Below are positions 1 to 8,866 of a DNA stretch of 64,000 bases, piece by piece. The position numbers and the translations under genes are program-made. The notes under the pieces are model-generated. The model did no database searches, was not told the DNA's origin, and saw nothing but the letters and a program-made list of their open reading frames with translations. The first letter of the stretch is position 1; the number at the start of each line of letters is the position of its first letter. The stretch is from Bacteroidales bacterium UBA4788 (GTDB taxonomy: Bacteria > Bacteroidota > Bacteroidia > Bacteroidales > VadinHA17): NCBI GenBank assembly GCA_002402965.1, contig DHGW01000014.1:471-64470 (forward strand), written 5' to 3'.

Positions 1-313
1 TATCATGCACTGTAATACTGTACTCACGATACCCGATGCAGGTGAAGGTAATTGTGTCATACCAGCGTGCGTACAGAGAGAACATGCCCCTGCTGTCTGT
101 TGCTCCGGCCGTACGTCCCCTGACAATGTAATGAGCATCCGGCAGGGGTTGCCTTGTGCCGGCGTCAAAAATGACACCGTGAAAAAGTATCGGTCGCGGC
201 TGCTGGGCACGGGCCTCAGGGAGCTGCAGAACGAAGAGGAAAAAGAGTGGCAGGAGTGCCGGTGAGAGCCTACCTGCCAAGAATGATCTCGTCAAGCGTC
301 CTCTTCGGAACAT
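1..313 (-). CDS. 5' part of a secreted CarboxypepD_reg-like domain protein (N-terminus typical of TonB-dependent receptor/SusC-type proteins); runs off the left edge
   Basis: Hand translation of the minus strand (frame ending at nt 2) gives MFRRGRLTRSFLAGRLSPALLPLFFLFVLQLPEARAQQ, a signal peptide. It continues ILFHGVIFDAGTRQPLPDAHYIVRGRTAGATDSRGMFSLYARWYDTITFTCIGYREYSITVHD, the carboxypeptidase-regulatory-like beta-sandwich pattern. It is absent from the ORF track because there is no stop in the window. The start is uncertain: ATG 313, or TTG 295/280. Confidence 0.55.
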   Translation of the reverse strand, partial: MFRRGRLTRSFLAGRLSPALLPLFFLFVLQLPEARAQQPRPILFHGVIFDAGTRQPLPDAHYIVRGRTAGATDSRGMFSLYARWYDTITFTCIGYREYSITVHD

Positions 314-842
314 GATGAACGCCTTTATCATCTCGCCAGTATTTTACATCATTATTTTGAATGGTCTCGATGGCCACCTTTTCAACCGGCTTGCCGAGGG
401 CGAGGACAAGCAGTACCTCATACTGTTTCGGAATGTCAAAGACCAGCCTCAGTCTCTCTTTCTTGACGGAAGCGATTATGCATCCGCCGAGGCCGGCTTC
501 AGTTGCGCCAAGCATGATACTCTGTGCAGCAATCCCATGATCAATTCCAAACGATTCGGATATCTCCTTGTCGCCCAGGATAATAATATAAGCTGAGGGC
601 CTCTCATCAGGATCAGGTCCCTCCCAGTTGGTGAGGTATCCGGCCCAGGCAAGGCAGGGATACAAGGCTTCGCGCTGGGAAGGTTCAGTAACAAGAATAT
701 ATTTCAGTGGCTGGCGGTTGGCTCCGGAAGCTGACAGGCGGGCCAGGTCAACGAGTGAGGCCAGGGTGTCGGCAGAGATGGCATGTGTTGAGTCAAACCG
801 GCGGCAAGTTCTTGTTTTTTCAATGAGTTGATGGAGGTTCAT
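270..842 (-). CDS. nitroreductase family protein
   Basis: Motifs RTCRRF and SASGANRQPLKY are present, with the FMN-nitroreductase fold pattern. I chose the start at MNLHQLIEK (ATG 842) rather than the long ORF start at 977. Confidence 0.85.
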   Translation of the reverse strand: MNLHQLIEKTRTCRRFDSTHAISADTLASLVDLARLSASGANRQPLKYILVTEPSQREALYPCLAWAGYLTNWEGPDPDERPSAYIIILGDKEISESFGIDHGIAAQSIMLGATEAGLGGCIIASVKKERLRLVFDIPKQYEVLLVLALGKPVEKVAIETIQNNDVKYWRDDKGVHHVPKRTLDEIILGR

Positions 843-1014
843 AGTCGGAATTTTGCCCAAAGATAGAGAAAAAAGCAGGGCGAACGCACCGATCCCGTGT
901 TCCGCAGGAAAAACACAATGTCCGGTCAACAGGCAACCGCGTCTGCGTACGCCGTGATGCTCACGGCAGGATGCCATAAGCGAAGCAGCCCCCCACCGGG
1001 GTTGCCATAATAAC

Positions 1015-1608
1015 TTATTTTTTCAGCGCCTCGTCGTACCGCTCGCCTATCACCTTCCAGTCGAGCAGTTCCCGGAACCCCTTGATATAGTCGGGGCGTC
1101 TGTTCCTGTAGTCGATGTAGTAGGCATGCTCCCACACATCACACGTCATCAGCGGCACCAGTCCCGACCTGATCGGATTTCCGGCATTAGACTCCTGGGT
1201 GATGGTCAGCCTGCCGTCCGGCTTCATGCATAGCCATGCCCATCCTGAACCGAAGAGCGTTGTGGCTGCCTTGGTGAAGGCCTCCATGAAGGCTTCGAAC
1301 GAGCCATATTCGGCATCGATGGCCTTGGAGACGGTACCTGAGGGTGTCCTTTTGCCTGACGGTGAGAATGATGCAAAATAAAAAGTATGGTTCCACACCT
1401 GGGCAGCGTTGTTGAAGATACCACCTTCGGCCTTGCGGATCATTGTCTCAAGCGATGCTTCCTCAAAGGGTGATCCCGGAAGCAGGTTATTGAGGTTATT
1501 CACGTAGGCCTGATGATGCTTGCCGTGATGGTACTCCAGCGTCTCTGGGCTTATGTGAGGCACTAGGTCACCGGCAGCATACTTTAATGGGGGGAGTTCA
1601 AATTTCAT
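1015..1608 (-). CDS. sodB: Fe/Mn superoxide dismutase
   Basis: Metal-ligand motifs HHGKHHQAYVNNLN and DVWEHAYY are present. Length is 197 aa. Fe versus Mn specificity cannot be decided by eye. Confidence 0.93.
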   Translation of the reverse strand: MKFELPPLKYAAGDLVPHISPETLEYHHGKHHQAYVNNLNNLLPGSPFEEASLETMIRKAEGGIFNNAAQVWNHTFYFASFSPSGKRTPSGTVSKAIDAEYGSFEAFMEAFTKAATTLFGSGWAWLCMKPDGRLTITQESNAGNPIRSGLVPLMTCDVWEHAYYIDYRNRRPDYIKGFRELLDWKVIGERYDEALKK

Positions 1609-1671
1609 GACCTGGTCAGATTATTAGGAATTACATGTAAATATATAAAATTGTGACGACTTGCAGTGCAC

Positions 1672-2502
1672 TCAAAGCAGAAATATCCTGTCGGGGAGAG
1701 GCTCTGTCACGCCCTTTTCCTGCGCTACGGCGAAGAGGCGTTCGATGGCCTTCCTCCCCTCCTCTCCCAGTGAGAGGCTGAAGCTGTTCACATATAGCTT
1801 TATGTGCTCGCGTGTGACTTCTTCGTCAGTTTCACATGCATGCTTCCTGATGAACTCCATCGATTCGAGGGGGCTTGAGCGGGCATATCCGATGCTTCGC
1901 CGTATGGCCCTGTTCACTTTTGCACCAACCTCAGGGTCGATGCTGCGGTTGACGACGATCCCTCCCAGCGGCACCGGCAGTCCGGTCATCTCCTCCCACA
2001 TGGCGCCGGTGTCGGCTACCAGTCCGAGGCCCATCGCCTGGTAGGTGAAGCGTGTCTCATGGATGATCAGGCCGGCGTCAGCCTCTCCCGAGAGCACCGC
2101 CTCAGGGATGTCAGAGAAGAGGTATTCGCGTTTGCGCAGAGCTCCGGGCCAGAAGATGCTGAAGAGAAGGTTGGCTGTGGTGTATCTGCCAGGTATGGCT
2201 ATCATGGCGTCATTCAGTTCGTCAGGCCATATCTTACGCCTGCTCACAACCAGCGGGCCGTTGCTTCGGCCCAGAGCGCTGCCCGCATCCAGGATAAGGT
2301 ACCCTGACGCTGCGCGGGCGTAAGCATGAAAGCTCATCTTCGTGATGTCCACACTCCCCTCGACAGCCCTCCTGTTGAGTTCCTCAACGTCAGCCAGGAA
2401 CCAGTCGAACTCCAGTCCCTCCGTATCAACCCTGCCGTGCACCATGGCTTCAAAGATGAAGGTGTCATTGGGGCAGGGTGAAAAGCCAAGTGTCAGTCTC
2501 AT
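1672..2502 (-). CDS. mqnD: 1,4-dihydroxy-6-naphthoate synthase (futalosine pathway)
   Basis: The N-terminus MRLTLGFSPCPNDTFIFEAMVHGRVDTEG is characteristic of MqnD. The gene sits next to a futalosine-hydrolase-like gene. Start trimmed to ATG 2502. Confidence 0.8.
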   Translation of the reverse strand: MRLTLGFSPCPNDTFIFEAMVHGRVDTEGLEFDWFLADVEELNRRAVEGSVDITKMSFHAYARAASGYLILDAGSALGRSNGPLVVSRRKIWPDELNDAMIAIPGRYTTANLLFSIFWPGALRKREYLFSDIPEAVLSGEADAGLIIHETRFTYQAMGLGLVADTGAMWEEMTGLPVPLGGIVVNRSIDPEVGAKVNRAIRRSIGYARSSPLESMEFIRKHACETDEEVTREHIKLYVNSFSLSLGEEGRKAIERLFAVAQEKGVTEPLPDRIFLL

Positions 2503-2530
2503 GATTTCTCGAACAGTTAAGGTAATTGAA

Positions 2531-3229
2531 TCAATGAATTTCATCAGGTTGCTCATTGCCTGCGAGCAACTCAAGCAACAGGATCATTTTTTCTTCCAGG
2601 TTACGCAGGGCGATGGGGATATCCCAGTTTTTAAGGTTACGCGGTTCCACCATGTTGGATACAGCCCTGACGGCTATCCACGGGATGCCTGCCATTGCGC
2701 AGGTGTATGCCAGCCACGCTCCTTCCATCGTTTCGATGCCAGGGTTCCATGCTTTGCGAATGCGTTCGATGACGTGCTGCGATCCGGATGCCATGTTCAC
2801 CGTGGCTCCCGCGACGGCAGGAAGAAGCCCGGAGGCGAGGGCAAACCATCTGCCGCTGCAGGGTATGCGGCCTCCGGTGAAAGGCGGCGTGTCGGGATCA
2901 GCGAGGCCGGCGCCGAAGAGCGATGTGAAGCTTCCGTTATCATCCACCCCCATGTCAGCAAAACAATCCGAGAGGGTTGTCACCACGGTTCCCGGAGGCA
3001 GCGCCTCCGTGTAGCTGCCCGCTATCCCGGCGCCGATCACCAGCGCAGGCAACTCCCCTGAGGCGATCCTCTTCTGCAACGCCCACGAAACGGCGGCCCC
3101 TCCCACTCCCGTCACAAGGATCTCACAGCCACAGCCTGCCGCCTCCGTGGCGCGACGCACTGCCTCCTCCTCTGAGGGATGAGCCACTGCAATCAGGATA
3201 GTCCCGAACCCATTATTCATCAGTTGCAT
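2531..3229 (-). CDS. mqnB: futalosine hydrolase-like nucleosidase (PNP/UDP phosphorylase fold)
   Basis: Motifs VTGVGGAAV, GIAGSY and ETMEGAWLAYTC match the MTA/SAH-nucleosidase-like pattern. The gene is immediately upstream of mqnD on the same strand. Confidence 0.7.
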   Translation of the reverse strand: MQLMNNGFGTILIAVAHPSEEEAVRRATEAAGCGCEILVTGVGGAAVSWALQKRIASGELPALVIGAGIAGSYTEALPPGTVVTTLSDCFADMGVDDNGSFTSLFGAGLADPDTPPFTGGRIPCSGRWFALASGLLPAVAGATVNMASGSQHVIERIRKAWNPGIETMEGAWLAYTCAMAGIPWIAVRAVSNMVEPRNLKNWDIPIALRNLEEKMILLLELLAGNEQPDEIH

Positions 3230-3250
3230 CCGTTAGAATGATAAATATAT

Positions 3251-3258
3251 TATTTTTG
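3251..3258 (+). promoter_or_regulatory. Bacteroidota -7 promoter box TATTTTTG upstream of the PTPS/folE pair
   Basis: Exact TAnnTTTG match 45 nt upstream of ATG 3303. Confidence 0.4.
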
Positions 3259-3302
3259 AATATAATAGCCCTCATTCCGGACAACCATTTAAATTAGCGG
3301 CA

Positions 3303-3713
3303 ATGATCTACCTGACCAGAAGAGAGCGTTTCAGCTCCGCACACAGAATGTTCCGCACTGACCTTAGTGATGAGGAGAACATGCATATCTACGGCAAATG
3401 TTCCAATCCGTTGTGGCACGGGCACAACTACGTGCTCAAGGTGACAGTCAGGGGCGAGCCTGACCCTGAAACGGGATACTTTATGAATGCCACGCGGCTG
3501 AAGGATATAATGACTGAGAGGGTTGTAGATAAGCTTGACCATAAGAACATGAACCTGGAGACAGATTTCATGAAGGGCAAGATTGCCACCACGGAGAACC
3601 TGGCCATGGCCATCTGGTACGAGCTGGAGGAGCCACTGAGAGCCGAGGATGCTACCCTGTACTGCGTGCGGGTGGAGGAGACAGAAAATAACTATGTTGA
3701 ATACTACGGATAA
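3303..3713 (+). CDS. 6-pyruvoyl-tetrahydropterin synthase family protein (PTPS/QueD)
   Basis: FSSAHRM...[14 protein letters not shown]...LDHKNMNLE...TTEN...[11 protein letters not shown] closely follows the PTPS active-site pattern (Cys plus the HGH zinc site). Confidence 0.85.
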   Translation: MIYLTRRERFSSAHRMFRTDLSDEENMHIYGKCSNPLWHGHNYVLKVTVRGEPDPETGYFMNATRLKDIMTERVVDKLDHKNMNLETDFMKGKIATTENLAMAIWYELEEPLRAEDATLYCVRVEETENNYVEYYG

Positions 3714-3714
3714 T

Positions 3715-4350
3715 ATGGAAAAACTGAATGATGGCAGCGGCAGGCTGTCCGACGGATACAACAAGATCGAAAAATGGAACCCGGAAGTCATTAAAGAGAT
3801 CTCCGGATATTACTATAACATACTAAAGCTGCTGGGAGAGGATCCCGACAGGGAGGGGCTGCTCAGGACGCCCGAGCGGGTTGCCAAGGCGCTCAGCTTC
3901 CTGACAAGAGGCTACCAGTCAGATCCCGAAGAGATACTTCGCAGCGCCATCTTCAAAGAAGAGTACCGTCAGATGGTGATTGTAAAGGATATTGACATCT
4001 ACTCGATGTGTGAACATCACATGCTGCCATTCCACGGCAAGGCGCACGTGGCTTACATTCCTGACGGCTTTATCACCGGCCTGAGCAAGATAGCGAGGGT
4101 GGTGGAGACATATGCCGCCAGGCTTCAGGTGCAGGAGCGGCTCACCACACAGATACGTAACTGCATTCAGGAGAACCTCAAGCCGCTTGGTGTGGCAGTG
4201 GTCATTGAGGCACAGCATATGTGCATGCAGATCAGAGGAGTCCAGAAACAGAACTCCGTCACCACCACCTCGGCATTCACAGGCTGTTTCCTGTCAAACA
4301 TGAACACTCGCGAGGAGTTTATGCACCTGATAGCCAGCAGGTTACACTGA
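3715..4350 (+). CDS. folE: GTP cyclohydrolase I
   Basis: [21 protein letters not shown] and QERLT motifs are present. Start taken as ATG 3715, 1 nt after the PTPS stop (the ORF-track start 3649 lies inside the upstream gene). Confidence 0.9.
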   Translation: MEKLNDGSGRLSDGYNKIEKWNPEVIKEISGYYYNILKLLGEDPDREGLLRTPERVAKALSFLTRGYQSDPEEILRSAIFKEEYRQMVIVKDIDIYSMCEHHMLPFHGKAHVAYIPDGFITGLSKIARVVETYAARLQVQERLTTQIRNCIQENLKPLGVAVVIEAQHMCMQIRGVQKQNSVTTTSAFTGCFLSNMNTREEFMHLIASRLH

Positions 4351-4382
4351 TAATCATTATTAACACCACAACTGACTGAAAT

Positions 4383-5270
4383 ATGAAAGCTTTTGTATTC
4401 CCCGGGCAGGGTGCGCAGTTCCCCGGTATGGGAAAGGATTTATACGAGGGTTACCCCTCAGCCCGTGAAATGTTTGAAAAGGCCAACGTACTGCTTGGTT
4501 TCCGCATAACCGATATCATGTTCTCCGGCACTGATGAGGAGCTGAGGCAGACACGGGTGACCCAGCCGGCTATCTTCCTGCACTCGGTGATTCTCACCGC
4601 AATCTCTGGTGATGCCTTTGCCCCCGCTATGGTTGCAGGTCACTCGCTTGGTGAGTTCTCGGCGCTGGTGGCAGCCGGTGCCCTCTCCTTTGAAGAGGGT
4701 CTGGCTCTCGTCGCCGGCAGGGCTTCCGCGATGCAGAGGGCCTGCGGCATCAACCCGTCGACCATGGCCGCCGTGCTGGGCATGGATGATGCAGTGGTGG
4801 AGGAGGTATGCGCAGGACTGGAAGGCGCGGTGGTGCCGGCCAACTACAACAGTCCCGGCCAGATAGTGATCTCCGGCACCACGGAGGGTGTAGCCCGTGC
4901 AACTGAGGAGCTTAAAAACATAGGCGGCAAGCGAATCATACCCCTGTCAGTCAGCGGCGGCTTTCACTCACCGTGCATGGAACCGGCCAGACTGGAGCTG
5001 GAAGAGGCCATCAGGAAAGCACAGTTCACCAGGCCGGTATGTCCCGTTTACCAGAACGTTACGGGCATGCCGGTCACAGAACCGGCTGAGATAATGGCCA
5101 ACCTGATCGCACAGCTCACCTCACCGGTACGCTGGACACAGACCATACAGAATATGATTTCAGACGGTGCCACGGAGTTCATTGAGGCGGGACCGGGTAA
5201 CGTGCTGCAGGGACTGATCAGAAAGATCAGCCCGGCTGTGACGGCATCGGCATTGAAAGCAGGAAGCTGA
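4383..5270 (+). CDS. fabD: malonyl CoA-ACP transacylase
   Basis: FPGQGAQ start motif, GHSLGEFSALV active-site serine motif, 295 aa. Confidence 0.95.
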   Translation: MKAFVFPGQGAQFPGMGKDLYEGYPSAREMFEKANVLLGFRITDIMFSGTDEELRQTRVTQPAIFLHSVILTAISGDAFAPAMVAGHSLGEFSALVAAGALSFEEGLALVAGRASAMQRACGINPSTMAAVLGMDDAVVEEVCAGLEGAVVPANYNSPGQIVISGTTEGVARATEELKNIGGKRIIPLSVSGGFHSPCMEPARLELEEAIRKAQFTRPVCPVYQNVTGMPVTEPAEIMANLIAQLTSPVRWTQTIQNMISDGATEFIEAGPGNVLQGLIRKISPAVTASALKAGS

Positions 5271-5285
5271 GGCTGAGGCGAATTA

Positions 5286-8200
5286 TCAGCTGCCCAGCGA
5301 AATCACCGCCATCCCTATCTTCCCATCCATTCTTATGACCATGGGTTTGGGAAACCTGACATGTCTGAACCAGTGGCCTTTGCCTATCTCCTTCTGGTTC
5401 CTCAGCTTGTTCCACATGATGACCCCCTCTGCAGTTGCTTCGTTCACAGCCAGGTAACCTATACTCATCGAGGTGACATTATGGAAGAAATGAGAGCCCT
5501 GTGAGGCATCGACATGGAAGTTGGGCAGGCTCACCTCGACGATTATCCTGGCGTTGGATATCTGCGGCCATTCCACCGGTATGCCAAGGAACCGGTCCTT
5601 GGTGCCCCAACGGCCGGGACCGATGAGCACATACTTTCTCCCCTGTGCCAGCATCTTACGGTTAATGGCATCAATCTCCTCAGCCATCTCATTGGTCTTC
5701 AGGTTGTCAAACCTGTCAGGCTCCACATAGATGATATCAGTGATGCCCTCAACCAGCCCGTTGCCCATGCTCTTGCGGGAGACGAGCAGCGTATCCTCAT
5801 TGAAGACACTTTCCGGGTCGATGGAATATCCTGCGCCACTGCCCACCAGCGGCTTGATCTGAAGCAGGTAGAAAGTGGCCCTGCCGTCCTCATCCTTATC
5901 CAGGTCAACGGCATACTCAATCTCCACAGGCGCACCGAAGGCTTCTCTCACCACCTCGAGCACCGTCTTGACGGTATTTGCAAGGGGCAGATAGTCATAC
6001 TTCAGGATATTGGCAAAGTTAACGACTCTTGGTCCGGGCATGCTCAGTCCAGGTTTAAGGGTATCATCATCAACGCTGTAGACAGATGCTGCATGAGTCA
6101 GCGTGCCGTCGCTCTCCGCCCTTGAGATATCAAGTTTCACCAGGCCTGCATTCTCTCCCTGGAGGAGATCCACCTCGCTTTGTGCCAGGTTAACGGCATA
6201 AAACTCCGTCTGGGAGTATCGGGTAAGATCCCTGATGGAGACAATATCCAGGGCAGGGTAAGCGGGTGAGAACCTGAAGGCCCTCTCACCGTCGAGCACA
6301 TACTGACCCAGCCCTACAGCCGCCACGGCAAAACCGTCATGCGGGGTCATATTGGCCACCGGGTAGAAGTTGAACGACTGTGCCGTACCGCTTATGTGAG
6401 GGTAAAAGATCTCACCGTACCGATGGCCCACAACTGCCTGGATGACCACGGCCATCTTCTCCTGTTCCACCTTGTAGTTCACTGCCTCGAAGTAGATGCG
6501 TGAGTTGTCTGAGTAGATAGAAGAGAAAACAAGCTTTATGGCCCCGATGAGCTGTATCAGCCTCACCTCGGGGTCAGGGTGGTTGTTGGGCAGCAGGTAG
6601 GTGCCGAAGATTCCGGAGAAGGGTTGGCTCAGAGAGTCTTCGAAGAGGCTCGACGACCTCACAGCCAGCGGTTTGTTGTTAAGCCTGATGAAGACACTCA
6701 GCTTATGCTCCAGCTCGTCGCTGATCGTTCCGGCAAGGAACTGCTTCTGCAGCGCGGTGAAGTCCTTCTCATGGCTGACCACCTCCCAGAGGCGGTTGGT
6801 ATCCATAAACTGGTCGAACTCGTCGGTACCTATGATAGCGGTGACGGGCGTGCGGACGTTGATCCCCGGCAGCAGCCGGCCCAGTTCGAAGCTGTAGATG
6901 AGTGTGCTGATGAATGCCAGGCCACGGCCTTTCCCTCCCAGCGAGCCGCCGGCAAAGCTCACCACGTTCGACTCGTCAATCATGACTGACTCATCGAAGT
7001 TGACCACCTTGCCCTTGTTCATCTCCCGGCGCCTCTTGCGAATCAGGTTGATGAGGAACTCCCTCATCTCCCTCAGGCTCTTGAAGTCTGAGATTTTAAC
7101 CGGGTTGATGATCTTGGCGACCTTCACCTCTCCCCTTGCCATCAGCCATAGCGAGAAGTGGTTCTTCATGGCGTGGTAGACGAGTGAATCTTCCGGCACC
7201 GTCTTGAGGAAGGCTTCGAACTCCTTCATCGACTTGGCCACGGCAATCTGCCGTCCTTTGGTGTCACGGTAGACGAAGTGGCCAAAGCCAAGGTAATAGG
7301 TTATGAATGACTTGATGTCCTGGAGCAGTGATTCAGAATTCTTGTTGATGAAGTTTGCCTTCAGCTGTTCTGCAAAGCGGGCGTTCCCGGGGTCTGATGA
7401 CTGCAGCACGGTAGGAAGGTTAGGCTGCTCCTCCCTTATGAGCCGTATCATGTCATAGCCGGCCATGTCACAGAGTTCGCCGTTACGCGGGAACCGCATG
7501 TCAGAAATGACACCCAGGAGACTGTCCTTGTATTTTGCATAAATTGACATCGCCTCCTCCCATGTTGTTGCCAGGAGTATCTTCGGTCTGGCCCTCAGTT
7601 TCAGCACCTTGTAGAGCTCATCAGAGGAGACGTCCTCAATGAGTATGCGTGTCTGCTCAAGCACCAGGGTGTAGAGCATCGGCACATAGGTGGAATAGTA
7701 ATCCGGAGAATCCTCTACTATGAGTATGACCCCTGTGAGTCCCTTCTGCGTGTCGTTCCCTACGTTCACCTTGTCTTCGAGCAGTTTTGCCATGGCGAAG
7801 AAGACCTTTGATTCCCCGGTCCATACGAAGAGGTTGTCAAAGGGGACGCCGAGTCTCTTCTGCTCCTGCACCCAGGGTATGTCGCCCGGGTTATTGAGCA
7901 GGATGTAAGTCGGGATGTAGGGATATTTCTGCTTTATCTTGCGGCAGAGGTTCATGGGGTTACTCTTGTCAACACCCACCATGATTATGATCATGTCATA
8001 GTGTCTGGCCTCCAGGCGGGAGAAGGATTCATCCTCGCCGGAGACCCCGGTGATGCGGGGGATGGTGGTGAGGCTCATCTGGTAGTATTCTCCCAGCATG
8101 TAATCGGAGAAGCGCCCCTCACCCTCTATGGAGTATGCGTCATAGAGGCTGGCCACGAGAAGTATCTCCCTGACCATGAAAGGCATAAGATCATGAAAGA

Positions 8201-8732
8201 CATCCCTCTCGGCATTATGCCTGTCGAGGAACTGCTGCAGCAGTTTGCGTATCGTCTGGTGATCCGGGTCCTGCGGCATTTTCAGCTCCGGTTTCGTTTC
8301 ATGCGCCAGGTAGCGGTCCGCCTCCAGGCTGTTTATATAGCTGGCTATCAGGCCGGCGAAATTATTGAGCAGGTCGTGTTCCTCCTTCAGGAAGGGACCC
8401 TCATCCTCCTGCATGAAGGAGCGGGTGTAGCATACCTCCACCGAACCCTCTCCGCTGATGGTGTCAAAGCCCTGCACAATCTTCCATTCCGTATCGGTGA
8501 AGCCGGGGGTATCGAATGCCTGTCCGAGGAATTTTATTCGCGCGACGGTGTAGTCAGGATACTGAAATGCGTCAGGAAGCTCGAGGACGAGATGCATGAG
8601 CGTCTCCTCTATTGGCTTCCTCTCCTTGAGTATCTGCGTGGCGCGGTTGACGCATGCCAGTTCTTTCAGGCGCTCCTGTTGGGCATGAATGTCAGGCGTA
8701 TAACCGCTGCCGGAATCGGGAAAATCGTTCAT
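5286..8732 (-). CDS. multidomain PEP/pyruvate-binding (PPDK_N, ATP-grasp) protein with an N-terminal sensor-like domain, one degenerate receiver domain and one canonical receiver domain
   Basis: The C-terminal half has GGKGRGLAF, AVRSSSLFEDS, FSGIFGTYL and LIGPGRWGTKD. The middle has ILIVEDS...ISDMRFP...LQSS (receiver). I found no GGxTSHAA phospho-His swivel motif. Confidence 0.6.
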   Translation of the reverse strand: MNDFPDSGSGYTPDIHAQQERLKELACVNRATQILKERKPIEETLMHLVLELPDAFQYPDYTVARIKFLGQAFDTPGFTDTEWKIVQGFDTISGEGSVEVCYTRSFMQEDEGPFLKEEHDLLNNFAGLIASYINSLEADRYLAHETKPELKMPQDPDHQTIRKLLQQFLDRHNAERDVFHDLMPFMVREILLVASLYDAYSIEGEGRFSDYMLGEYYQMSLTTIPRITGVSGEDESFSRLEARHYDMIIIMVGVDKSNPMNLCRKIKQKYPYIPTYILLNNPGDIPWVQEQKRLGVPFDNLFVWTGESKVFFAMAKLLEDKVNVGNDTQKGLTGVILIVEDSPDYYSTYVPMLYTLVLEQTRILIEDVSSDELYKVLKLRARPKILLATTWEEAMSIYAKYKDSLLGVISDMRFPRNGELCDMAGYDMIRLIREEQPNLPTVLQSSDPGNARFAEQLKANFINKNSESLLQDIKSFITYYLGFGHFVYRDTKGRQIAVAKSMKEFEAFLKTVPEDSLVYHAMKNHFSLWLMARGEVKVAKIINPVKISDFKSLREMREFLINLIRKRRREMNKGKVVNFDESVMIDESNVVSFAGGSLGGKGRGLAFISTLIYSFELGRLLPGINVRTPVTAIIGTDEFDQFMDTNRLWEVVSHEKDFTALQKQFLAGTISDELEHKLSVFIRLNNKPLAVRSSSLFEDSLSQPFSGIFGTYLLPNNHPDPEVRLIQLIGAIKLVFSSIYSDNSRIYFEAVNYKVEQEKMAVVIQAVVGHRYGEIFYPHISGTAQSFNFYPVANMTPHDGFAVAAVGLGQYVLDGERAFRFSPAYPALDIVSIRDLTRYSQTEFYAVNLAQSEVDLLQGENAGLVKLDISRAESDGTLTHAASVYSVDDDTLKPGLSMPGPRVVNFANILKYDYLPLANTVKTVLEVVREAFGAPVEIEYAVDLDKDEDGRATFYLLQIKPLVGSGAGYSIDPESVFNEDTLLVSRKSMGNGLVEGITDIIYVEPDRFDNLKTNEMAEEIDAINRKMLAQGRKYVLIGPGRWGTKDRFLGIPVEWPQISNARIIVEVSLPNFHVDASQGSHFFHNVTSMSIGYLAVNEATAEGVIMWNKLRNQKEIGKGHWFRHVRFPKPMVIRMDGKIGMAVISLGS

Positions 8733-8787
8733 CAGGGCATCAGGTAAACTATGGTGCCAAAGTAAACAAAAACAGAATAAGTTAGAA

Positions 8788-8818
8788 CAGCCGGCCCCGT
8801 ATCTTCCGGAACCGGCTG
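8788..8818 (-). terminator. possible terminator after korB
   Basis: CAGCCGG/CCGGCTG 7-bp stem with a T-rich tract downstream on the minus strand. The loop is long, so this is a weak call. Confidence 0.3.
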
Positions 8819-8866
8819 CTATTCATGACCCGTTGCCTTCAGGCAGCGGTTTATTTGCAGAAGCAG

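Noticed and set aside
5-265. 86-aa plus-strand ORF at the left edge
   Set aside because: It is Cys/Arg-rich with no recognisable motif. The opposite strand encodes a convincing signal peptide plus CarboxypepD_reg-like domain in the same interval, so this is a shadow ORF.
8001-8747. 248-aa ORF antisense to the 5' part of the large PEP/pyruvate-binding gene
   Set aside because: It lies fully inside a well-supported opposite-strand CDS. Its composition is typical of antisense shadows (Leu/Arg/Gly-rich), with no motifs, promoter box or terminator.
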